A DNA stretch of 64,000 bases from Yuukianura sp. NJ FZ-2021 (GCA_046563655.1 CM102290.1:14384001-14448000); one strand, 5' to 3'. Numbered from the stretch's first letter, positions 26,101 to 39,900 are shown. A program made the numbers and translations. The notes: generated by a model not told the origin, from the sequence alone.

Positions 26101-29100
26101 GTGACATCGTACAGTGTCCAAGATTGCATCCAGAAAGTTGTGCTGCTAGCTTCCAACCTGGAAGGAATTTTGTTTTTTTGGACAGAAAATTTGGACGATG
26201 ACGTACCTGGCACGGTGGTCCGGATAGTGATTTTAATTGTCCAAAACGTTAAGAGGAATTTCAGCTTAGTAAGAACGGAATTTCAAACATATAATATTAG
26301 TGCTTCATCGCCTAAAGTTTCATTGATTTGAATGGAACGGGCTCGAAGTATTGGCCTGAGAAAAATTGTAAATATCATTGCAGTGAATTGAGGGAAATTC
26401 AAATCCGTAGTAATCTTAAGTAACACAAGTCCTAGTCCTCCCATATGCTGTATCATATTGCATACACTAGTAGGTATATTACTGCCTGCCACCAGCCGCC
26501 CTTCTTCTATTATGGAGAAAGCATGAGCAAAAGAGTGGAACCCCACCCCTAAATTTTCAGTTTTGTAAACTTTCACTCTCACTGCCGTCAATCATTCTGA
26601 AATCACTTCAAAACATTATTTTAAGTGTCCAAACTTAGAAATAGTTAATTTTCAGCTTGCTTCAAAAAACTTGACCCGTTGTTATCAAAACTCCGTCGTG
26701 TCAAAGGTAATTGTAATCGAAAAATATACCATTTCATTTCCTTATATTCTAATTTAATTCATCTGTTGTTTGTCATTATCATTTGCAGGATGTCTGGGAA
26801 AAAAAACTTCACGAAGAGAGAGCTCATAGAGCAGTTTGCTTCAAAAACAAACAATGAAAATGCGAAGTTGGCTATGGCCTATATTTTTAACATCCTGCAG
26901 TTGAGGTCCGAACACGTTGATGATGACGTGCAGAACAAACTACTTAGTTCGTTGAAAGCACTCGCTGCTTCAGGGGAAAAAAGATGGGAGAAAGCCAAAC
27001 GGACGAAAGATCGATATGAATCACAAAATCAAGAATGGTTGGATTCATTATTTGTGGTAAGTACTGGTACGCCCCAAATCATGGGCTTTCCCAAATTAAA
27101 AACTGTTTTACAAAAAAAAATATATAATAAATTTCTTAACTATGGTTTTTTCTAATTCATAGATGCCTGAGGGTTTAGTGGTAGATCAGTCTCCTCAACA
27201 AGCGAGCGGAAGTGGTGGTCGACCGTCGCTGCCGTTTGCAGAGTCCTCGGAAAGATCAAGAAGGCGTCATGCGTCGGCATTAAAAGAGACAGAACCAGAA
27301 ACGGATAAATTGGTGATGGCTGGGGCAATGGCAGCAAGATCCGAAAAACGTTTCGACTTGGCAAAAATCTTAGCGGAGGCAGCAAAAAGTCCCAACAGGC
27401 CCACAAAAATGCGTCGTATGCTGTTTCAACCAATGGAAAAACCTCAAGCCTATTCGCCAGATGAAGCCCTTGCTCTTTTGATAGACTGCGATTTCAGCAA
27501 AAGTCAATTCATGCGACTCCGAATGGGACTCAAGCAGAAGTCGGCGGATGTTTTTCCAAGATATGAGCTCCTACTTCAATCCAAATTAGCAGCAATGCCC
27601 CCGAAACATTCAATTTCTATTGCTAACAATGGGGAAAGGGCAGAAGTACAGCTTCAGTCACTATTGGACCACACTGCTTTTCGGATTGCAACATTAAATA
27701 GTGACGTAATCCTCGCTCACATGAACTTGAAGTCAGCCGATGCTCTGCCTGTTGAATTAATCTGCATTTGGGGTCTTGATGCTGCCACAGGCCACTCTAT
27801 CTACAGTCAAAAAGAATCTCAAGAAATTACAAGCTTGTTGGCTGTTTCAATGGTTCCTTTGCGTTTAGTCCGAGGAAATGATGTTCTCTGGATTAATCGG
27901 ACACCTCAGTCTTATAGATACTGTCGACCAATTTGTTTGTCGTTTGTAAAGGAAACTGATGAAGTGGTGAAAGCTGAAACGTCAAAAATTGAAGCTCAGA
28001 TCCAAAAACTTTCAGAATGCAGCATCAGCCTTTCGTCTAAGCACACGACGCAAGTCTCATACCGCATGTTCTTAACAATGATTGATGGAAAAATTTTGAG
28101 TCATCTAACGGGGACATCCAGTATGCAAGTTTGTCCAGTTTGTAAGGCTAAACCTACCATGTTCAACAATTTAGCAAATGTGACTAACGGAGTATTCACT
28201 CCAGAAGCAGCTGCGCTTCAGTTTGGTGTTTCACCTTTACACTGCTGGATTCGGTTCCTAGAATGCTGCTTGAACATTTCTTACCGGCTTGATTTTAAAA
28301 AATGGCAAGCAAAAGGTCCAGTTTTACAGAAATCCAAGAAAGATCGACAGAAACTTGTTGGAGACTTGCTGAAAAAAGAGATGGGATTGATTGTAGACAA
28401 AGTGAGGCAAAATGGATCAGGAACTTCAAATACAGGAAACACTGCACGACGAGCCTTCACCGATTATTCTACTTTTGCCCAAATCACTGGGCTAGATGAA
28501 GAGCTTATCAAAAACTTCAAAATCATTCTGATTTCCTTGTCATGTCAACTACCAATTAACCCTATTCTCTTCGGAGAACTATGTTCGAAAACAGCAGAAA
28601 TCTACGTCCAAAATTACAATTGGTTCTACATGCCGTCTTCGATTCACAAGATCTTAATGCACGGAGCGCAAATTTTAGCACACTCTATTTTGCCTGTTGG
28701 AGTCATGAGTGAAGAAGCTGGTGAATCACGACATAAGTACTTCCGAAGAGACAGAGAAATTCATTCACGGAAGAGAAGGCCGCAGGAAACGATGGAAGAC
28801 ATTTTTTATAGGGCACTTCAGTCTTCAGACCCAATTATTTCGAATTTCAGTCTGGAATCACGATTAAAAAAGAAGAAGAGTTTGGCTCTTCCAAGGGAAG
28901 TTGTGGAAATGCTACTACTTCCAGAGGAGCCGGAGCAAATGGACATCAGCGATGAAGCCGATGAGGACGATGACGGGACGGGGCTTTTAGAAGTGTTCAA
29001 GTTGCTCGAAAACCTCACGCTTGACACTGAAGAGATAGAATAGCCATTTTCGATCGTACTTGATTAATTTCATGAATATTTCTGCTGGTTCTCATTTAAA

Positions 29101-32100
29101 AATGGACATTTCCCTGTCACTACACGTGCAGAATCCATGTAGTTTGATAGTGCGCCATCCCAGTTTATCGCTTGGTAACGTAAAATGCATATTTATGTTA
29201 GATTTAAGCAAAATAAACAATTTAAACTCATATTTTGTTTTGGCCAACAAATTCGTTAATCCGGACCACTGTGCCTGGTAAAGAAGATAAATATATCGGA
29301 AGCCTCCTGCGGTTACTCAAAACTTATGCCGACACACACAAAGCCAAGAATGCAAAAATTCGAATTGTAACCCGTGGAGCCTTTGTCATTGGAGATGACG
29401 AAATTCCAAATCCAAAAAAAGCAGCGTTGTGGGGACTGGTGAGGGCCTTTCGCAATGAATATCCGAAACACGATCCATTTCTCATAGACTTTGGACAACT
29501 TGAAGCGGAAGACGAAGGACGTCAACTTTTTGCAACTTTGTTTAGTCCAAAGACCGAAGAAGCCACGGTATTTCGAGGTAACAGGACGTACGTGCTTCGA
29601 TTTGTCGACTCGTTACCGCAACGAACCAGAGTAAAACTTCCGAACTGCGAACGGTACCGGTTTATAAACCCAACGAGTGGCTACTTCGCTGATATTAAAA
29701 TTGGCCCAGACACGGCTAGTGATCTAAGAGAGAACGACGTTGAAGTAGCGGTTAGAGCTTGTGCACTCAACTTCAAAGACATCTTTTGTGTACTCAAACC
29801 AAAAGAATTTGAAATTCCAAAACAGCATTTGGACCATATTGGGCTTGATGTTTCCGGAGTCGTTACTCGAGTAGGTCCGAAAGTTACTCGCTATCAGGTT
29901 GGGGATGAGGTCGTCGGGATCTCTATCAATGGCGCTATCGCGAGTCACACGGTTTCGTCGGAACTGGGGTTGTGGAAAAAACCAAAAGGAATCTCATTTG
30001 CGTCTGCCGCTGCATGCCCAACCGTGTATTTGACGGCGCACTACGCATTGCATCATTTAGCAAAATTACAGCCAGGCGAACGCGTCCTAATTCATGCTGG
30101 ATCTGGTGGCGTAGGCCTTGCAGCTATTGACCTTGTAAAGAAATGTGGAGGCCAAATTTTTGCCACGGTTGGATCAAAACGAAAACGTACATTTTTGGAA
30201 CAATTTTGTGGAATCACACATGTTTACAACTCAAGAAACACCCACTTTGGACAACAAATTTTAGATGACACAAATGGACAAGGGGTAGACATAGTGCTAA
30301 ACTGTCTCACTGGACCAGGGTTCAAAGAAGCCTCTCTTTCAGCCACTGCACTTAACGGTAGGTTTGTTGAATTGGCCAAAATGAACATCTGGACAACTGA
30401 AGAGGTAAGCCAGCAGCGTCCAGACGTTCAATACAAGTTTATCGAACTGGAGGCCCTTGATTTTAGAGGAAAACAAGACTTTCCTGACATCATGCACAAA
30501 ATTGAACAAGAATTTGGAGACAGCTTTCCAACACTACCGTGTAAAGTCTTTTCTTTGGAAAATATTCAGTCTGCTTTTTACTACCTTCAAGAAGCCAAAC
30601 AAATCGGAAAAGTGGTGTTGCGAATGCCAACAATAGAAGTGAAGCATGGATCACTCGTTCATTCTTACCAAATGTTCAATTCCTGTTCTACTTATATTAT
30701 TACCGGTGGCCTTGGAGGAATAGGAATAGAATTGACAAAATGGATGACAACCAAGGGAGCTGCAAATATTGTTTTGGTGGGTAGACGTCCACCTTCTGAG
30801 CAAGCGCAGGCCGTTGTTGATAATTTGAGAAACAAAGGATTCAACATACTCGTTTTAAATTTGGACATTTCAAAAGAAGAAGACTGCGACAGACTTTTCG
30901 GAGCAGTTGAACATTCCGATACTCTACCGCCGCTAAAAGGGATTTTCCATGCTGCTGGAGTACTGCATGACGCTGCATTTGAAACCCAAAGTTGGGAGTC
31001 ACTCCAAGCGTCACTAGCTCCAAAAGCTCACGGCGCATGGAATTTGCACTGGCGCACGCTCAATACGGATTTGGAATTCTTCGTTTTATTTTCTTCCGCA
31101 GCGTCGCTGTTTGGCAGTGTGGGCCAAGCACCGCACGTAACTGCAAACAAGTACTTGGATGGATTCGCTTGGTATCGACACTCATTGGGTCTGCCTGCTA
31201 CGAGCATCAACTGGGGATTGTGGTAATAAATTATTTAGCTGCCATTTACTCCAAATATTGGTTTTAAATTTAACTGTGTTAAGTACAAACCAGTAGGAAA
31301 AGCTACGTGGTATAATGCATCCTGCGCAGAGCGGAGCCGGATAGCTCAATTGGTAGAGACACTTCCAGCACTGTAAAGATGTGGGTTCGAGCCCCACTCC
31401 GTTTAATATTTTTTCTGCACTGTCATTCTTTGTAAAACTAAAAACAGAAATTGTCTGGAATAACAACCAATGAATTTTTCCGTATGCAACTGTAAACACC
31501 ACTTTCTTTTATGCAGGAAGGGCATTGGGGCAGGCAGTGGAATCACGAATGCTCAGGAAAACATAATTGGGCTCAAAGGTTTTCCAGCTTCCGAGGGATT
31601 GAAAGCACTAGAGCAAATGATGAATATGGATATGCCGCAAGTGGGATTCGTACCCACACGCGGTTGGAAAATAATGAAATCTTTCTTTTCCTTGGGTCAT
31701 TACTGGGACGAAGTGGAGATTCAGAAAGATGCGGTTGACAGATTGGCAGAAATGCAAAAGGAAATGGATATAATCAAAGCTTGTGATCCAAGTCTACGAC
31801 AAGAAAAACTTCGTGCATTTATCGAGTCCATCGTCAAAGAAACATTAAGACTTCCAAAAGACGAAGTTCTGGACATTGACCAGCCAGTAAGTGAAATGGG
31901 AGTGGATTCTCTGATGGGCATGGAAATGAAAACACGGATAGAAAAATTAACTGCTCGTAGTATACCAATCAGCGCCATGCAGGAGAATCGAACTATCCGA
32001 AAATTATCCGCATATTTAGCTCGGGCTCTATGGACTGACCAGGATCCAACTACAACTTCTCACCTAGATCAGAGTGAAGTATTGAAATCTGACTCAATTT

Positions 32101-33335
32101 TACCTTCCGAAATGAGAGAACATTTTGCAAATAATATCTCAGGGCAAGCAGTGGTGAACAGAGATTTTAAATCAGTGTTGGTGACCGGCGTGACGGGTCA
32201 CTTTGGAGCTCACGTTCTTGCAGAAATTCAGAAAATGAACAAGGACATTCACATTTTTTGTTTAGTTCGGGCAGCTTCTGACGAAACTGGAACCGAAATT
32301 CTTCGGAAATCTTTGGCATACTATGAGCTAGAGGTCAACTTTAACCAAATCTCTGTTTTTGCTGGAGACGTTTGTCATGACCTCCTTGGATTATCGGAGG
32401 AAAAATACGAGTTGTTGACTGGAAGAGTTGACGCTGTTGTGCATTGTGCCGCAAAGGTCAATCATATTGAAAGTTACTTTGACGGTTCTGCGTATGACAT
32501 GAGATCTGTCAATGTCCAAGGCCTTCTGCGCATCCTCAGATTCTGTACGGATGGACGACTCAAGCATATCATTTATCCATCGGCTATGTTATGTGTAACG
32601 GAAGTGGATGAGGATGGGGCACTTCCAGAACGTTGGCTACCATTAAATAGTTATGAGAAAATACAAAATGGATATCTTCAGTCCAAAAGCATTTGTGAAG
32701 CACTTCTGCAACAAGCCGCTGAAGCAGGAGTTTTGGTCACGCTTTTCCGAATTCCATTTTTGTATGCGAATTCTGTTACGGGAATTCCGAACAGAGGATT
32801 TGATCACATCTGGACTCTACTTTCAACCTGTATCAAGTTAAGAAAATTTCCAAACCTTGTTCACACTGGAGGAGTTCCACTATTTCCGGTCAATATTTGC
32901 GCCCAAATTTGCGCAGAAATATTCATGAACAGCGACACTGAAACTGGAGTGTACAATCTCATCAACAACAAACAAATTACACAACAAGACGCCGTAGAAA
33001 TTGGGGCCGAGCTGGGGATTGAATTTGAAGTGGTTGAATTTACTGAGTGGCGGGACGCTGCATTTGAAGACTTGGAAGACGATTTGATGAAACCTTTGTT
33101 TCCAATCTACGCAGACGCAGAAACGGGACAATCAAATGTGTTTACCTTTCATTCTTTGGGAGACGAGTGGAATCGCGCCCTCCAAAAGAACTACAGTCCG
33201 AAAACTCTTAAAAACCTACCGGGAATTGAAGCGATAAATTCGTTTTCTCCTCAAGAGTTATTTCGACGGCGATTGGTGAATTCTACAAAACAAGAACAAG
33301 GAAAAATTTCAAAAAAGAACAAAATTTATTCTTAA
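20101..33335 (+). CDS. Type I reducing polyketide synthase KS-AT-DH-cMT-ER-KR-ACP-thioester reductase (~2990 aa when reconstructed); exon 5 interrupted by a Transib transposon in this haplotype
   Basis: Exons 20101-20671, 20891-21122, 21604-21839, 21912-24808, 24937-26210 joined to 29279-31222, and 31517-33335 sum to 8973 nt (2991 codons). KS: DPQQRLLLE, ESGCSSS, EAHGTGT, NIGHCEAAAG. AT: GQG, GHSLG, HAFHS. DH: HKVAGLTVYP, DSLLQ. cMT: LEVGGGGG, VLHAT. ER: IHAGSGGVG. KR: TGGLGGIG, GVLHD. ACP: GVDSL. R: TGVTGHFG, GYLQSK. Confidence 0.93.
21170..21556. mobile_element. Non-autonomous TIR element (MITE) in PKS intron 2
   Basis: Left end ggttgaagtacatttggg (21170) is a near reverse complement of right end cccaagtttacttcaacc (ending 21555). 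aataat flanks both sides (possible TSD). Internal gggtac subrepeats. Confidence 0.65.
26211..29273 (+). mobile_element. Complete autonomous Transib DNA transposon (RAG1-related), 3063 bp
   Basis: TIRs CACGGTGGTCCGGAT and ATCCGGACCACTGTG (14/15 match) plus a second matching block at TIR positions 27-37. GC-rich 5-bp TSD CCTGG at 26206-26210 and 29274-29278. Encodes an intact Transib transposase. Confidence 0.96.
26790..29043 (+). CDS. Transib transposase (RAG1-core-like DDE), 715 aa, two coding exons
   Basis: Exons 26790-27056 and 27163-29043 with a phase-0 GTAAGT...CATAG intron; probable 5'UTR intron 26707-26788. Catalytic triad in WGLDAATG, MIDGK and SEEAGES. Zn ligands CPVC and HKILMH. Also CRPI, GVSPLHCWIR, GTSNTGNTARR. 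AATAAA at 29212. Confidence 0.93.
31335..31404 (+). pseudogene. tRNA-like pseudogene or SINE head in PKS intron 5
   Basis: A box TAGCTCAATTGG, perfect T-arm gtggg-TTCGAGC-cccac, partial acceptor stem. The anticodon arm does not pair well. Confidence 0.55.
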
Positions 33336-33504
33336 ACACATTAACTCCTATTCTACAGTAATTCATTTACAAAATTAATATTTCAAACTGTAGATTTATT
33401 TTCAAATTAGCTACAAGATTAACACTTATGATTACAATTATCTTTGGAACAACAAAGTAAATGCGAAAAGTTATATGCGAACATACAGAAACAAAAATTT
33501 GAAC

Positions 33505-33545
33505 GGGTGGGTACAAGCGGGGAACTCAAGTTTACTTCAACCGAA
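33505..33545 (+). repeat. Solo copy of the right end of the intron-2 MITE, downstream of the PKS
   Basis: gggtgggtacaagcggggaactcaagtttacttcaaccgaa matches 21518-21558 at 39/41 nt, same orientation. Confidence 0.85.
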
Positions 33546-33662
33546 ATCTTTGTTTACTTTTCCCCTGTTTTTCACGTCTCGTTTTTTAGCAATGAAATAT
33601 TTGTTGAGATATTTTAGTTAATCGTTGATGAGAATAAATTGTGAGAATAAAGGTCAAAGGTG

Positions 33663-36485
<2,823 letters not shown>

Positions 36486-36930
36486 CGTTTCTGTCAATTC
36501 TTAGTTTTAGAATACCCGCAGGACTTAAAAATTTCAAAGTATTTGCTAATTTACGCCATTTTAAAAGTGAGTTTAGGCTTTGTTTTTGAATTTCAGGGAA
36601 AATAATTTATTTTTCTTGTTTTTACTAAAACTGTTTTTTTTAAACAGAAACAACGGATTATGGATTCGGTTTTGATTTTTTACAGTTGTTAACCGGGATG
36701 AGGAAGAAACGGACTAAATTGTAAAGAAACATCAGTTAATTAATAATTAACAAAGTAAATTATGATTTTAAACTAAAAATGGAATGTCCAAGCTTTTGGA
36801 ATCCTTTCTACTTTTATGTACATTTTTTACAGTTTTTTTAAACTTAGGAATCCGGGTCTTTTTTTGTGTGTTGTTAATTAGCTTAAATTAACTAATTGAT
36901 TTACCTAATCCTGTTTCTTACGTTTCCTTT

Positions 36931-39900
36931 TCAGGCGTCTGACTCTTTGAGTGACTCCAGTTTAGCCAAGTTGTGGAGTTCGATTTCATCTGGAGTGACT
37001 GGACTCTGGCTCTCCTTGCTCTCTCCACGCAGAAACCGATTTTCATCCTCTATGTCCAAACTGCTCTTGCTCGGCTGACTATCGCTGGCCACTGGAACTT
37101 CTTCACTCTCGCATACTGACTCGGCGGTTCCAGACACGGAAGGTTCCACGGTGTCCTTGGCAGTATTCTGAGGCACGTCGCTACTAAAGTCTCCGCCCAT
37201 TTGGGAAAAGTCTGCAAATCCTCCCTCCTCCTCCTCATCCACATGCTGCTCAATGACAACTGGAATGTCCACTGGAACTGCTGGAGGCTTGTAGACTGGA
37301 GGAGGAGGAGGTTCGTCTTCCAGATCCTCCTCCTCCTCCTCAATGATGGCATCTCCTCCGGGGAAGGCTTTGTGCTCTTCAGACATGGGTGTGGCAGCAG
37401 TGATGACGATCTGCGTCACTTCAAGTCCTTCACCTGAATCTCCTTCCTGGAATTTCAAAATTTTGAATTTACAGAATTTTAAAATTTTGAATTTACAGAA
37501 TTTCAAAATTTGGAATTCACAGAATTTCAAAAAACAGGATTTCAAAAAGCAGTTATGGTTTTCTTTATGTCTGGACAAGTTGACCTCTACGATGTTGCGA
37601 CTTACTTTTTTCTCCGTGCCGTCGACTGTATCTGCCTCTGTGACGGTAATTTCAACTTTGATATCTGAAATAATGAAAGTAATTAATTTAGTCAAATCAA
37701 TTAATCAAGATCAAGTGCTCAAAATTACCGGGAGCTTCAGTGACAACCACAACTGTCTCCGGCTGCTCCTCAAACTGTGCTTGATACTTTTGTTGCTGGT
37801 CAATGTTGAGTTCCATTTCAAAACCAGGTTTATCGTTAGGATAAGCTTCGGACTCTGAAAATCAAAATTCAAAATCAGCTTTTTAAAAAAAGTTGTTTTT
37901 AAAAATGAATTGAAAACGACATACCGAGTTCAGTTTCGTCTTCTTCGATTCCCCCCTGCGCTGCTGTTTCATTAGTTTCCGGTGGAAGTTGACCTTCTGG
38001 AATTTGTGGTGGCGTGTAGGCTGGAGGGTTCATGCCTGATTCAGAGATTTCTTCTTCTTCCTCTTCCTCAACTTCCATTGGCTAACGCATGAAATATTTA
38101 ACAAAAAGTGATTGAATTAGGATCGACTTCTCTGGAAATGTCAAGAGATTTGAGATACTTACGGCGGGAGTGAGAGGTTCTCCGTCCCAGTGACACTCGT
38201 CACAAACAATTGATGGGAACAGACCACGCTGTCCATCATACTCTCCTTCCCACCAACCATCTTCTTCGTCATGCGGAGTCTGAAAATGTCAACAAAAAGT
38301 GTTAATAACTTAGCGATTAATCGATTAACTAAGACGAGTTGATTTCATACGTATTTGGTAATACGGATGATTTGACCCTCGTAGAATGACAGTTCCTCTG
38401 GAGCTGTCGCTTCATAGTCGTACAGAGCTCGACAAAAGTTTCCTTCTGTAAGAGCCACATTGGTATCAGTTTAATTGTAAGTTAAGTATAACGTTTTCAT
38501 AACGTTTTCAAATTGGATTGATGTTACCTTCACCGCGACATTCATTGATGAATGGAGTAGTTAAACCGGAAGAAACAGTGGTAGGTGCCGTGGGGATTTG
38601 GATTTCGTCTGGAAGATTTCCTTCATTGTAGAACTCTTCAGCCTCTTCTGGATAGCCGTTACTAATGCCATTGGGTTGTGCCATATCTTCAATCATTGTC
38701 ACCTCATCTTGGTCCGTAGCATGACTCATTTCCTGGACATGGTAGTCAACCGATGAGAAAGAGATTTGAGGCTGAAGGGGATATCCAGCCACGGTCGGAT
38801 TTCCCTCAACTTCTACGTAGTTCTGCGGAACGTAGCCTTCTTCCCCCTTGTAGTTCCTTGCTCGAACCCAACCGTCGCCATCTCCCTCTCCAAGCAAATC
38901 CAAGTGCTCATTCTCCAAAATCGTCAGCTCATCGGGATTTTGTGCCTGAAGTAATCGGACGTTTTAATTTTCATAATTAACGATTACTATAGCTAAGTTA
39001 ACGTTCATCTTACGTTATAAGAATACAGAGCTACGCAGCGGACAACACCGGGCTCTGTTCCGGTATCGTGAGGCCAAGAGTCACTCTGTCCAATTTGAGA
39101 TATATCGGCTGGTGGACTACGGGCCACTTCTTCCTGGTCAACGTGCTCTTCATTGTCATTGTCGTCACCCCAGTCAACTTGTGTAGGGTCATCCCAGGTC
39201 AACGGTGCTGTTCTCTGACGAGCCTCCTCGACACGAGCTGAAACATCGGATAGACGTTATTAGACGTTAATTAGGAATTGATTAATCAAGTATCTGATTA
39301 CCGTCAATGCTGACTTCTGTAATTGGTTCAGGAGATTCTGGAGGAGGTGGCTCCCGTTCAACTTGCTGGGGTGGCTTGACCTTTTCAAATGGAGAAGGAG
39401 AGTCTTGCGAATCGCTGTCGTAGTAGCTGTCCACTACTCGATTCTTTTCCTGAGTTAATTAAACAAAGTAGTAATTAGTTACGAAATTTAAAAAAAAATT
39501 ACAATTTACAAAATTTAATTACAAACTAAAATTAAGAATTTATGTAAACCCTATAACCGCATTCGAAGTTTGGTTTTTCTAAAGAGCGGGAATTCTTTTA
39601 CAAAATTTTGAAAATTCAAATTTCAAATTCGCGGTATTACAGACCACAAGTGACGTTATTTTTAAACTTTTTCTTCTTTGTTCATATCGTCTACCAGTGT
39701 TTTAATTGGGTTATTCAATTAATTGTGGTAAACGTAATTATAATTGTTGTTTACGTAGCAGGAAACTAACAGTAAGTTAATTTCAATAGCTTTGATGACA
39801 TCTAAATTCTATTAACACCGGAAGAACGAAAATAACGAAAAGGAAAATTTTCAAAAATTCAAAAAACTTTTCGCCAACTTTCACATCCCTTTCCAAAGTT

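Noticed and set aside
26211..29273. ProtoRAG (RAG1L plus RAG2L) transposon
   Set aside because: The element is only 3 kb and is filled by one transposase gene. There is no kelch/PHD RAG2-like ORF on either strand.
20101..33335. Bacterial or fungal contamination, or a biosynthetic gene cluster
   Set aside because: The gene has spliceosomal introns and host-type TEs and is contiguous with arthropod housekeeping genes. The neighbours are not tailoring enzymes, so no cluster is evident.
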